DNA of 64,000 nt from Epithemia pelagica (Eukaryota > Protista > Bacillariophyta). The position numbers and the translations under genes are program-made. Below are positions 10,707 to 22,671 of this stretch, one piece after another. A model generated the notes under the pieces. That model had not been told where the DNA came from, ran no database searches, and saw only the letters and a list, made by a program, of their open reading frames with translations. The stretch covers positions 2,294,001 through 2,358,000 of the forward strand of contig OX337235.1 of assembly GCA_946965045.2 (NCBI GenBank), in the 5' to 3' direction. Positions within the stretch are counted from its first letter, which is position 1, and the number at the start of each line of letters is the position of its first letter.

Positions 10707-12290
10707 TCAGGACTGTCCCTTATTCATGGCGTCCCATAGGAATCCCACCGAGTTCAGTCGATCAATCTTGTCTTGATCAATCAAGGTGCTCTGACCAACC
10801 TGAAATAGCTTGTACTCGGAACGTTCTGAAGTAAAAGCACGAGTACAACTGTTGAGCTTTGGAAATGGAGCACAAACAAGGAATCACTTTGTACGTACGC
10901 GTAGAGACCCAACGGCCGAGGGCTGTGTTGGGTGCAAACTTGGTGGGAACATTGGAGTTCCCGTAATCGAGAACATATTGTTGAAGGTTGTGAAAATGCT
11001 CCTCCCACTTAGCATCGCCTTTGTTTTCTCCCCAGTTGAATCCAACATTGTTGAGATGGTGAAGTCGAATGTCGTTCAAGCTCGATTGCTCGCCCCTGTC
11101 ATACTTTTTCTTCTCCATTCGGGTTTTATTCACCCTACCATTGCGAGAAAGTATCATGAGAAGGGAATGCTCCATTCAGGATCAAGATCAATCACTTACC
11201 ATACTCCAAGCGCCTGGTTGGGTTGGAACTTTTGTGGCACATTGCAATCCCCATATTCATCACGATATTGAACCAATTCATTCAGGCGATCATAGAATGT
11301 GTTTAAGGCATTCAACTTTCGGTTGCATGAACACAATCCTATTTCCGCTTCGGAAGGCTCGATGCGTGGAAGATTGGCTCTCGGTACTCCCACCGGGATT
11401 TCTTGCCTTCGAGCAAATGCTTGAGGGTTACTGACTTGCGATATGGGAAGCACCCGGCTTCGAGCTTCCACAGACTGTGTTGAGGGTCGTGTTCTTGTCA
11501 GCCGTGTGCTGCGGCGCGTCGAGGATCGTTTGGGTGGCTTCGCCTTCGTTTCTTTCTTTTTTACAACTCTCTTCTTGCGGCTGCTCCGCCTTCTTGTCGG
11601 AGGTAGCTCGGTCTTGGCATCGCCACCCCCCTCGCTGGGCCTCGTTTCCACTGGCAAAAAGATTGCGCGATCGTCCGGATGCGATGCAGAAGGATCATGA
11701 TTGAGAACAAAAGGAAACGCAGACGAAGCAGCATCGTTCGTCGGCACAGAATCTCCCTGGAGAATTTCTACCGGAGTGTTGGGAGATCCCATGGAGATAT
11801 GCGGCATGAATTCTCCTTCATATTCGGCATGGGGGTTAAACGTTCTCGTTTCTACCTGTGAAGATGCGACAGGAGGTGGTTTGAGATCGGGAGGTGGAAG
11901 ATTGGCATGGGAAGATTCAAAGGAATCCGATGCACCCAGTACCGTTGGTCGACTCCCGCCGTCCGTTGCAGCACTCACTGCAAAGAAACCCTCCGGATGT
12001 GCGGCGGGTTTCCTTTCATCCTCTTCCTCTTCTTCTCCTTGTTTCTGTTCCAGGAGACCCGGTGGTGGCCGTGACTCTTCCTGGCCATGATCCCAAGCAC
12101 TGAACGACGCACTGTTCTGGTTCTGGTTGCTGTACGTCAACGAGCGTTGCTGGTAGGTAGAATCCCACGTTAGAGGATGGAAATCAATGTCTTCTTCGTT
12201 AGGTGGTTGGTGTACATTCTCGTCCATGTCAATCAGATGGCTCCGGTAGACTAATGGCACAGTCGGGCCCTGGTTCCACAAGCTCATCAT
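10707..12290 (-). CDS. Helicase-associated (HA) repeat domain protein, 3 exons
   Basis: Two HA-type repeats (FYDRLNELVQYRDEYGDCNVP..LGVWV and WEEHFHNL..YGNSNVP..LGRWVSTQRSEY). Introns 11135-11199 and 10826-10898 restore the frame; stop at 10707. Confidence 0.85.
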
Positions 12291-13069
12291 GATTTCAAAA
12301 AGTGAGCAGTGTCCTCTGTGGAGAGAGATAGAGAGCCTCTCTCTTTGGAGGACGAGAAATGGATGGATTGCGTGCGTGTCTGTGGTGGAACAATCAATTT
12401 TTGGACGAAACGAAAAATGAGTGTCACACAGAACACACAAGATTTTTTCCTTCGGTTTGAAGGAGGCCAATGTGGCCTGCGTGATGGAGGGACGTTGGGT
12501 GTCCTATTTGATACTCGTATTCCAATTCGCTACCGAAAACACATCATGTGTTCACGCTGTGATGGTTCAAATTTGGGAAACTTGTATGTGTCGAACGCAA
12601 AGATTTGTGTAACGCAACGAAAGGATCCTACCAAACGAGGTTCGCTGGCGTATCGATGATCGATGGAGAAAAACTCAGCTGTCGACTACTGGCAGTACCG
12701 TGTGACAACCATTGGGTATTTTGGACACAATGTTTGGATTTATCGCCCAGTACCGCGCCTCTTGTAGCGTCTCGTTGCTGCTTTTTCGGATTTTCGGGAG
12801 TAGCGGGTCGATTGTAGTCGGTGTGCTAGAGTTTTGCCGTCCGGCGACCACCTCCTCTCACATTTTCGAGTTTGCAACTTGCGCAAAAGGGCATTCAATC
12901 CTTGCAAAGTTTCAAACGTTCGAACAAAGACAAAAAAGGAAGAAAGCGAAGGAAGATGTCTCTCAAATTTCGACGACGGCGAAGGATTCACTCACTTGTT
13001 GGTTTCCCTACTAGGGGCCTTGACAAACACGCAAGGATTGACAGCGGATGTCGACAACCCAACGAAACG

Positions 13070-13933
13070 ATGGACGATGAGCAAGATCGAAACTTCCAGA
13101 GGGGACTACTAAACGATGCCGAGGACAACGGAGACCGAAAGCCGCCTGTCCAACCGTCTGGCGCTACAAGCTCATCCAACGCTTCCGAGTCCCATGAGAA
13201 AGACGAAGAAAAAGAAGGCAAGGAAGCAAAAGAAGAGGACGATACCACAGTCAACCCTGATCATGAAGGCGGTAGGGCTCGGGGAAATCCTGCGCCAAGT
13301 ACCGCGTCGCTGGAGAACGTTCGGGAGACAAATATGGCCGTAACAAGCACTTCCTCTTCTGCTGTGATGGCTCAATCGTCGTCGAATAGGGCTGATCGTA
13401 CACTAGAAAGTTCGTACCAAAAGCTAGCCGAGTTGGAAAAATTTAAGGAGAAGAATGGTCACTGTGACGTGCCGCAGAACTACGGACCACTGGGCAACTG
13501 GTAAGTTTACGGATATGAGCACTTGTACCTTTTGGGAATATGCTGTGTTTCTGATACAAACATTCCTGATCGCAGGGTAATGCGAGTGAGGAAACTGAAG
13601 AAAGAGCACGAGGAAAAAGGACACTACACGTCATCTAGTTTGAATGATGACATTGTGGCTCGTCTGGACCACCTAGGTTTTACCTGGGTAGTCTACCAAA
13701 AAGGAGATTCCAATTTTGAGCGACACTTTCAAGAGTTATGTCGGTATAAAGAGAAGCATGGGCACTGTGTTGTCCCTACTAAGGAAGGTACCTTGGGGCG
13801 TTGGGTAACGGATCTTCGTCATCAGTATAAAGTATTCCAAGACCCCGAAACACGGCTCAAATCTAAGCTCAACCAAAGTAAGATTGACCGCTTAAATGAA
13901 CTTGGCTTTAAATGGAATATGCAAGCTTCCTAG
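13070..13933 (+). CDS. Helicase-associated (HA) repeat domain protein, 2 exons
   Basis: LAELEKFKEKNGHCDVP..LGNWV and FERHFQELCRYKEKHGHCVVP..LGRWV..LNELGFKW; GT-AG intron 13501-13575. Confidence 0.85.
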
Positions 13934-14079
13934 CGAGTCAGATAACCAACAGTAAAGATTATGCCTGGAAGATTTAGCCTCCATTCTGAGTTTGACGCAA
14001 CATGTCTATAAGGATAAAAATTATGCTTGTCTCAACACGAACACTATAAAGGACAATAATTTTGCATGTGACGATGAGG

Positions 14080-14994
14080 CTATTCTGGTCTTTGCACGAG
14101 TGGCACGTATCGCACACCAAGCAACTGAGTGACATGAAAGTCTTCCCACACAAAATGCTCCTTGTTCGTGTCTGCGACTCGTTCCACTTTCAAAAGACTT
14201 TGAACATTTCCGGTCGGCCCCACGGGGACAATCAGTACCCCATGTAAGGTCAGTTGCCGAGCTAATTCAGCTGGAAAGGATTCTGCTGCTGCACCTACGT
14301 GAATTGCATCAAAGGGAGCTTCCTCAGGCCAGCCCATCCATCCATTTCCATGTCGCAACGTGATGGTATGGCTGCTGAGCAAATCGCCGTCGTTCTTTTG
14401 AATATTCTTGGTCGTAAACTCAACAAGTTCAGGGTGAATGTCCATTCCATACACCAATCCTGGAAATGGTAAAATGGGAGAGGTCGATGAAGGATCATCG
14501 TGATTCACTTTGGCTGAGAACCATCGTCCCATGCAAGCTGTTAAGTAACCAGAACCGCTTCCAATATCCAGTACCTTGACTGGGCGTCCTTCTTTCGTTG
14601 CAGCGTTGCGCTTCAAGGCCGGAAGAATTTCTTCCAGGGCATGAGCATGCATATGTGGAGCGGAAATGGTCTGCGACTTGCCAATGCCTTGCGGAGTATC
14701 AAGATAGGGATTCACCCCACCACTGAGGTTGGAATCGGCCGTATAGTACTGTCGATCCACCACTTCCATTACTTGCTGCACTGCTGGTGTCTTTACTATA
14801 CGAGCTTGCCGTAAGCGATCTACCAAGTCTCGTTGGGATCTTCCATGGCAATGCCACGCTTTCATGATCGGTTCGTTGTCTCGTGAATGTCTGGGAGGAG
14901 GCGTTTGTTGATAACTCGTCACCACAAGTGATAGGGAAAGAAATGATGTAGTCCAAAGGATCAAACGATTTTGAGTTCGATATGGCTGACACAT
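14080..14994 (-). CDS. pcm: Protein-L-isoaspartate O-methyltransferase with hydrophobic N-terminal extension
   Basis: QTISAPHMHA, VLDIGSGSGYL, APFDAIHVGAAA and VRYVPL; start ATG 14994 or 14865. Confidence 0.92.
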   Translation of the reverse strand: MCQPYRTQNRLILWTTSFLSLSLVVTSYQQTPPPRHSRDNEPIMKAWHCHGRSQRDLVDRLRQARIVKTPAVQQVMEVVDRQYYTADSNLSGGVNPYLDTPQGIGKSQTISAPHMHAHALEEILPALKRNAATKEGRPVKVLDIGSGSGYLTACMGRWFSAKVNHDDPSSTSPILPFPGLVYGMDIHPELVEFTTKNIQKNDGDLLSSHTITLRHGNGWMGWPEEAPFDAIHVGAAAESFPAELARQLTLHGVLIVPVGPTGNVQSLLKVERVADTNKEHFVWEDFHVTQLLGVRYVPLVQRPE

Positions 14995-15376
14995 AGGAAA
15001 AGGGAATATAGTGACAGGTAAATGCGACAACAACAGAAATTGCGTGATCACTGATTCGAGAAGCTGGCAGTCAACCAAGAGCACGTTACGGTTCGCGTTT
15101 CCTTGATCCCCACCAGCGAAGCCAACAATGCGGGGACAGTCCTGATTCTAGATCTGGATATCGTTTGAAGACAGCTTTCTCTACCTAGTATATTGACGGA
15201 ATGCCAATGAGATGAAATATGTCAGTTAAGGGCCTTGGAGAAGACAGAGATGCTTTGTCCATTTGCCTGGTCCATGCTGAATCTCATGCCAGAAATCAGA
15301 AAGATACACCTGATGGCCCCGACAAGATGGAAAAAGTGAGAAGCCATCTGCTTTCCCTTCACAATAATGCGACCAA

Positions 15377-15490
15377 ACACGTAGGTTGGACACGTAGGTT
15401 GGACGCAACATTTCGCGCCAAAAGAGAGGACACGCACGCGCACTGGCACGGCCACGCGCACTCACACGCGCACGGGCACGCGCACGCGCA
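15377..15490. repeat. Tandem 13-mer (ACACGTAGGTTGG x2) followed by a CACGCG-rich alternating purine/pyrimidine tract
   Basis: Read directly at 15377-15404 and ~15430-15490. Confidence 0.7.
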
Positions 15491-15835
15491 GTTTTTGGGT
15501 GCGATTGGGGGGGTACCTTTGTTCGTCCGTCATCCGAAAGGAAAAAAATTGTCTCGTATTTTTTCCCAAAGCGCCAGCCGGGTGATATCGCCAGCCTCCC
15601 TTCGATCGATCGAACTAGACGCGCCGGTCACGCCTTGTATTGCTTGCACAAGGGCCAGGAATCGTCTCACTTTTCGAGCAACACCACAAAAGACGACCAT
15701 GAGCACACCAAAAACCAAAAGAAAACCATCCAGCCGTACGAACGACCACAGTGACAACTTTATGGCCAAAACCATCCACCTAGATCACAGGTGAAGGCGG
15801 AATACATCAAAGGAAGGATGACAACATGAAACATG

Positions 15836-15875
15836 ACAATCAACCACTGCAATGAACAATCAACCACTGCAATGA
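15836..15875. repeat. Perfect 20-bp tandem duplication ACAATCAACCACTGCAATGA x2
   Basis: Read directly. Confidence 0.8.
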
Positions 15876-16522
15876 TGAAGCGAAGGTTTGACAGCGTCAT
15901 CATGGGGTATGTAAGCCCAGGAAGCAGGAAGCCTAAACTAGTAGTGGACTATGCTTTTATCTTTCCCATAGACAAAGTGCCAGGAGCTTGTGTTGATACT
16001 CCTAGAGGTGCATTGCACCATGTGTGTGTTTCATGGTGTGTGTGTGATGATTCCGTGAAGCTTGATCCACTACTACGTAAAGAGTACTCGCTTCTGAAAC
16101 AGTATAGACTTTAGAGTACAAAATGGGCTTGTAGATTTCTCTGTGCATGTCTCGTCAAGTCTCACGGCTCACGGTTCCTGTTTCCCATTCATGAGCGCAA
16201 GCGGCTACACAATAGGGCGAAGCCAGTTATTACAGTTGGCTGGGACGTTATAATAATGTGCTTAATCAAAAGAAATTTGAAAGAAATAATTTTTACATTT
16301 TTAGGAAAATTTGGGAATAACCGTATGGACAGCAGACGGGAGGTACCCCCGCAATCGGAGCGTTTCTACATTGTAGATTGTACTCGGATGATGTCTTCCG
16401 CGCGGGCCGGCCTGAGGATAACATTTCTCCGAGCCAGCCAACACAATCGTCTCACAAAATGTCGAATGACAAACGCCATTGCCTGCAGGTCCACATTGCT
16501 GTGAGAGGTTTTAATCTGCATA

Positions 16523-17815
16523 ATGGAAGAAAATTCATCTTTTCCATTGAAAGACCCAACGAGAATAGGAGATCGGCCTCGAACAATGTATGTGGTAGGG
16601 TTGTTGGCTTTGACGTTGTCGAGTCTGGTGTTCGTTGCAAGTCAGTGGACGATCTCCACGGAACTGACATCCGTTCGGTCCTTGCCAGAAGAATGGATCT
16701 CGCCGTTACAAGATATGGAACAGGCTGTTACCGGCGCTGATGGTTCAGGCAGACGTAAAGATAAGCCAGAGGTAGCCTGGCTATTGTCGTTCCCCAATTC
16801 CGGCACGTCGTACACTTTGGCGTTGACCGAGTCGGCATCCAATCGTTCCATTGCCAGTAATTACGGTGTTGAGTTCACCAACAAGTATTATCCCGTGCCC
16901 CTTCCGGTCGATCCCCAATATCCTGAAGGTCCGTTTTGGGAAGGTCCCGAGTCCGATCTAAAATTTGGCTCGAGTGTCGTTCCGCTGCCGGAAAATTTTA
17001 TCTTGACCAAGACGCATTGTGGGGGTCGATGCATCGAATGTAATGCTTCAAGCTATCTTCCAAATGCATCGACATTTCTTGACGCCTGCAAGCGAACGAC
17101 TTTTCGCCAAAGAGATGACTCGACGCAAACTGCTCGACGTCAAGAAGGTGTAATCAATGAGAAACGAGTTATGCGAGCCATCCACTTGATTCGGAACCCA
17201 CTTCACAACGTTGTTTCACGGTTTCATCTTCAAGCCAGGAATTGGAAGAAAAGGAATCAAGGTCCTGGGGGTAATGACAAGTTGATTTTCCCAATCAATG
17301 CTACCGGTTTTCGACAGTATTGCTCCCATTTGGATACGAGTTCGATATTGGATGCAGAATTCGACTACATCTGGAATACGATCACCGAGGAATGGCCCGC
17401 CTCCAAGAGTCGACGAGTTGATAGGAACAAAGTGAAAAGATGGTTTGAGATGATTCCTTGTCGAGCAGAGTTTGTCAAATATGTGAAGTGGCACGATCGC
17501 GTGCTTCACCATGTCTTACCAGCGTTGGGACCCCACCCATTTTCCAAGCCTGTCCCTGTCTTTACGCTATACTACGAAGACTTTGGCCATGACCTTCCCT
17601 ACATCACCAAAGACGTATTGGAATTTTTAGGATTACCAAATGTCGTCAAGAATGAATCCAACTACCAGATATTTCGAATTTCCAACTATGATGATCACTA
17701 TGCTGAACATGAAAGGCAGTCTATCGCTTTGTTGTTACGTACTATGGCAACACCCGAAACGTGGAGAAGGATCCGCCATTACTTTCGAGAGTGGTTTGTG
17801 CAACAGGACAACTGA
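16523..17815 (+). CDS. Type II membrane sulfotransferase-like protein (WSCD-like sulfotransferase domain)
   Basis: N-terminal TM anchor; PAPS-binding-like WLLSFPNSGTSY and HLIRNPLHNVVSRF; YYEDF near the C-terminus. Confidence 0.75.
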   Translation: MEENSSFPLKDPTRIGDRPRTMYVVGLLALTLSSLVFVASQWTISTELTSVRSLPEEWISPLQDMEQAVTGADGSGRRKDKPEVAWLLSFPNSGTSYTLALTESASNRSIASNYGVEFTNKYYPVPLPVDPQYPEGPFWEGPESDLKFGSSVVPLPENFILTKTHCGGRCIECNASSYLPNASTFLDACKRTTFRQRDDSTQTARRQEGVINEKRVMRAIHLIRNPLHNVVSRFHLQARNWKKRNQGPGGNDKLIFPINATGFRQYCSHLDTSSILDAEFDYIWNTITEEWPASKSRRVDRNKVKRWFEMIPCRAEFVKYVKWHDRVLHHVLPALGPHPFSKPVPVFTLYYEDFGHDLPYITKDVLEFLGLPNVVKNESNYQIFRISNYDDHYAEHERQSIALLLRTMATPETWRRIRHYFREWFVQQDN

Positions 17816-18940
17816 TGGTCCATTTCGCTGCCTGGGCCATCATCTATCTGTGGCGTTTCCGTGTTCATTCTCCCCAGAATTTCCCATGTATCAAACAAGA
17901 CTTTTCTATACATTATATTGAGCTGTGGAGTGCAAGTTTGCGTGCGCATGTGTTTACAAAGGTACACCCGATCCACTCTTGCACGGATATATGGATAACC
18001 AGAAATTGCAATCAGCCGAGATACGATGCATTTCGAACAACACGGGTTGCCAGTCTGCGATATGCAAGCAATACATTATTTGCCGATCTACTAATTCTTC
18101 ATGGGGATTTAAGCAACATTCATCGATAAAAAACGATGGACACATTTGGAAGCACCTACTTGGAACTCGCATTGCTCCTCCCACTACGCACTCAGCGATC
18201 CACCATCCATGGTTCCATTTCTGTGCGATGTCTGGGCTGCCAAAGTCTCATGACCTTATCCCAAACATCAACTTCGGTGCGTGTTGTTCCACAGGACTAG
18301 AGAGGTAGTCCATATCCCTGTCCCGCCACTGTTTGTTGTAGGAGTTATTTACCTCTACCAGAGATTTTTCCAGCGACCGTAGCTTATGAGTCGTCTTTTA
18401 TCTTTCCCGCAAAGCGCGCCAGGAGTGCGCACTTCCGAGTTCGTCCGAGCGGCTTGGTCACGTCATATGTTGAAACACAGAAACACACTGTGTCACGCAC
18501 CGTAGCCTATCCGTAGCCTAACTCTCTAGAGAACCAACCATTAGTGTTTGCTGATGCTCCTAGGAGTAGAAGAGATACATTATCGCCGTAATAATCCCTA
18601 CTAATACTGATTCATGTGCTTTGCAACGGTAAGAAGACAACACAGTTTCGGATTGAAATGAATTGGAGATTAATTGGGCATGTCGTCTGCATTTCCTCGT
18701 CATCCAGGCGATGCCGTATTCTTAATGATGAGAAACACTACATGCCTTCAGTGTTGTCCGCATTGTAACGAATCTGTCAGTCAAGCTTTTGCTTGCCGTA
18801 TATATTGCAAGCAGTTTGGTCTCCAGACTTCTCTAAAATGCATCATTGGTGCTGCACGAACGACTTAACATCCATGATCCCTTAGTCATTCGTCGTCTTT
18901 GGCAATATGGACTGTGTATTCTGCAAGTTCTTCATGCGCG

Positions 18941-19721
18941 TCACCAGCTTCCTCCCCCTAATACCAAGACTCTAGGTGCTCGAGCTGGTTCTTGGTTCGC
19001 ATTGTTTCGCAATGCATTTCCTTTTGCCACTCTTGCAAAATTCTGCAGCAAGTGATCTTGTGTGATAGGAAGGTCCTGTGAATATCCGTTTGGGGTCGAA
19101 GCTGTTAAGTCAGTCCCCAGTTTTCTTCACAAACGGAGAAAAAGGTTGTGGGCTTACCTGTTGTGCTGAGCCCTGAGACTGTCTCCCAAAAGAGTCGTTG
19201 TTGCTGGATGAGACTGAGCAGCCTGATAAGATTGACACATCATCGCTCGAACAGGCCATAGTGGACGAGCAGTCGGAGGATGCGACGACGATAGTTAGCC
19301 CTGTAAGAGTAACGCGTTTGCGTTTCAATCGATTAACGGATAGCATGGTATCGGGAGTAGACAGGTAAGGACGATCGATTCTTTGAACTCCTTGTTTCGA
19401 TTTCAACCGTCGCTTCTTTTGATCACGTCGGCTTTTGTGACGGGGACCTACGGTTTGCCGAAAGACGAGGAATCTCGAGATGATTCTTTGCAAGATCATC
19501 GTCTGAGTTGGTGCTTCCGCGTTGTTGTGGTGATGTCTGAAAGATGTGGCTGCTGTCAGGAGAAAGACACGCTCTTCCCATCGACCACAGCTGCTTGGAG
19601 CTTGGAGGGAGGTTTGACCCGTTCCGCTCTGCAGAGAAGAGCTGCAAATGTTTCTGTCCGAGGACATGTCCAATGACTGAATGTCTGAATGTCTCTGTAG
19701 CTGATTTGGGTGCATGTGCAT
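18941..19721 (-). CDS. Hypothetical protein, probably 2 exons
   Basis: 203-aa ORF with CAG|GTAAGC donor at 19157, CTGAC branch and acceptor at 19102, giving an in-frame second exon to TGA at 18941. No recognisable domain. Confidence 0.35.
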
Positions 19722-20332
19722 GCGCTCATTTTTTGTCTAAGGTTACCACCACCCACCACCCACCACGCATGTTGCTAACAAAGCCAACGCAACTTACAGG
19801 TAGTGAGTCGTTAGATTTCTGTCTGACGGATGCTTGCATCAACATACCAATCGCTTGTTACTTTACGTGCAGTTTCAGGAAAGAGAGAGGTTGAGAGAAG
19901 AAACCGTGAACTGTTGCACCATGCACCATGGATCTTGGTTCTACATTCTACATGACTACCTAGATCTTCTTGATTTCTGCGCAGTCCACAGTGTGCACAA
20001 TACGTTGTCAATGTCATCTACGGGATACCGTGATAATTGCTAGGTGCGTGGCACTCCCAAGAAAATCGAGGTAGCTGATTGAGGACAAGCCGGGGCTTGA
20101 CTACGCAATGACCATGGAAACCTCAGAGATCGTCGGTACTCGATGGTCAGGTTTCTCAAGGATACCCCTAGGTAGTCCCGCTGTCTACAAAAACTATGGA
20201 CAGAATCACCAACTTGTTGTGAAGAAAGGTAAATGGGCGGCCCACTTACCCGCATCAGCACAACTATAGTTTAAAGTAGGGACGCAATCACATGATCTAC
20301 TTGGGTCAGCCAATTTACAACATTTGACGCCC

Positions 20333-22147
20333 TTACCACAACTTCACTGCCTCCATATTGTGCATGAGTTCTGCTTGGAAGATGAACCTCAGTGCCGGAG
20401 AGGCGACATGGATATCGTGATAAAGAGACTTTGCAATACCCTCAATAATCTCAACAGCCAAGGCAGCACCGATGAAGGCAGGTTCCAATTTGACTTTGTG
20501 ACGGCAAGCTAAATAGCAAATGTCCGTGATTTTGTCACCGACATGTTCCACGAAGTTTGTGTCCTGATTGCAAATAATGCCAATTCCTTCGACAAAGAGA
20601 TCCATGTCTTCCTCTGTAGCTTGACAGTCAGAACTTGTGTCCACCATTAACTGTCCTGCCAGTCGCCCCTGTCGTCGTGAGAATGCTCCCAAAATCTTTG
20701 TCAGATTCACGTGTTGTTCGGGTCCCATTTCAATGACCAAACCGCAATCTAACAAGTTCAAACCCAACTTCCCATTTTCGTTAAGATGGACCAAGATGTT
20801 GCCTGTGAGTGTAGAAATTAGTTGACCTGTGTGAGTATGAGACTTGGAACTCCTGGTGAGACGTACACTTCACCTACCGGGATGCAGATCGCCATGAAGA
20901 AAGTCGTGCAGGAAAATCATTCTCAGTGTAGTCTCTACACCAAGATTTGCGAGATCTTTACGCACATGCTCCGGCTTTGATGTGTATTCGAGTATGTTCA
21001 CCCCAGGAAGAAATGTTTCGGTGAGAACCCTCTTTGTGGTCAGGTCGTTCAGTGGTGTTGGAAAGTTGACCCGATCAATGCTCGAAAAATCGCGATTGAA
21101 TCGTTGTAAATGTTTCGCCTCCAAAGTAAGATCAAGCTGGGGTAACATGATATCCCGAAATTGACGAACCGTGTCAACCAATGCCAGGTATTTGAGCTGC
21201 AGGTACGGAAGGCTCTCGAGAAATACAGCAACCTTGTCAAAAATGTAAAAATCGACACAAACCTTTTCCCAAATACTGGGATGCTGGACCTTAACAGCCA
21301 ATTTTGTCCCCGAAGGAAATTGTCCAACAGCTTCTGTGAGCGTTCCGCGATAGACCTGAGCAATGCATCCAGAGCCTATCGGAGTTGATTCAAGCTTCAA
21401 ATGGGACGCGAGAGGTCCCAGGTCTTCCTCCAACAGTGTTTGGGTATGCTCCCAGGGATGCCCTCTAGTATTATCGCGCAATTGTCCAAAGTACTGGCAA
21501 AACTCGGGGCTGAACAAATCTTGTCTTGTGGTGGCCCACTGAACCCATTTGACGAAGGTCGGACCAGCTTGTTCAATTCCCCACAACGCGTATTCCCACG
21601 AATATTTGTGTACAGTATTTGATACATAGGCAAACGGCGCCATAACAACGAGCGGTGTGGCCAACATGGAGAGTTGCGCAAGTCGAGTCAATGCTGTCCA
21701 AGCACGCTGCATCTTCGTATTACCTAGTGATTCCAGTAAATCATCCGCCCAGTCTCTCCTCGTCCAATTCTGCCAATCATGAGGCCGTTCCACCACCTCT
21801 TCCATTCTGGTTCGAAACTCCTTAGTTGCCAGAGATGCAATGGCGATTTCAACCAGCCTCCGCGTCCGCAATCTTGTAATGTTTCTACCGATTCGGTCAA
21901 ACGATTCGGTCAACGTTCGGTTGAAATAGCCGTTCGAACCAAGTTTTTTGTCCCCTTCCCACAAAACTTTTGTGTGCAACTTTTGTCGTTTCACTCCAGT
22001 TGCCCATAAAACAGGATCTAGGAGAGTACCAGCCGATCGATCCGTCGAACAAACTCTTGACATGATGGATCTGCCGTAAGCTGCCTGACCAAGCAAACGC
22101 TCCGCCGCAACCTGAGTTAATCCTGTACCAATGCGTGTCGATAACAT
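20333..22147 (-). CDS. ABC1/UbiB atypical kinase (ADCK2-like), 2 exons
   Basis: AGPTFVKWVQW, PIGSGCIAQVY, AVKVQHP, LHGDLHPG|NIL and LLDCGL; intron 20803-20877. Confidence 0.9.
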
Positions 22148-22671
22148 TTTGCCACAGCGTCCTCCTTAACCTTAACCAAGTCCTTTTCCCCTATGATACC
22201 TGCCTAAAAGGATTGGGTATCGATTTTCGACTCGTCAATTAGCAGATTCACACCCAAAGACAAAGACGGAAGTGTCAGTCAACGAGTTATGATGGCATCA
22301 AGAATCAAGAAACCTCATCTTGTGGTGAACGCAGTGCGCACTGCGCCGCTCTTGCCTCCGGTCATATTTTTAAATCATATTCATATCCATCAACCCCACT
22401 TAAGAAAGAATTATCTTTTACATTTTAGGGCTCTTGTGGGGTTAGATTCATATTATTGTCTGCCATACATCTTCTCAACATCATATTTTGAATAATATTG
22501 GTGTGATGTTTTCGACACGTCAGTGATGATCTCACAGACACATCTTCAGGTTGATTTTGATACATTGATGGTCGGCATTTCGGGTAGGATCCCCTCTGCC
22601 CTCATCCACCATCCATCCCATCTTTAGAAACTCGACGCCTTCTCCTTCAAGGACTTTCAATCAGTTCGGCA

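Noticed and set aside
15219-15794. 191-aa ORF with HAHAH repeats
   Set aside because: The His-Ala run is the translation of the CACGCG tract; no other support.
17925-18308. 127-aa ORF after the sulfotransferase
   Set aside because: No motif, and competing ORFs of similar size lie in other frames.
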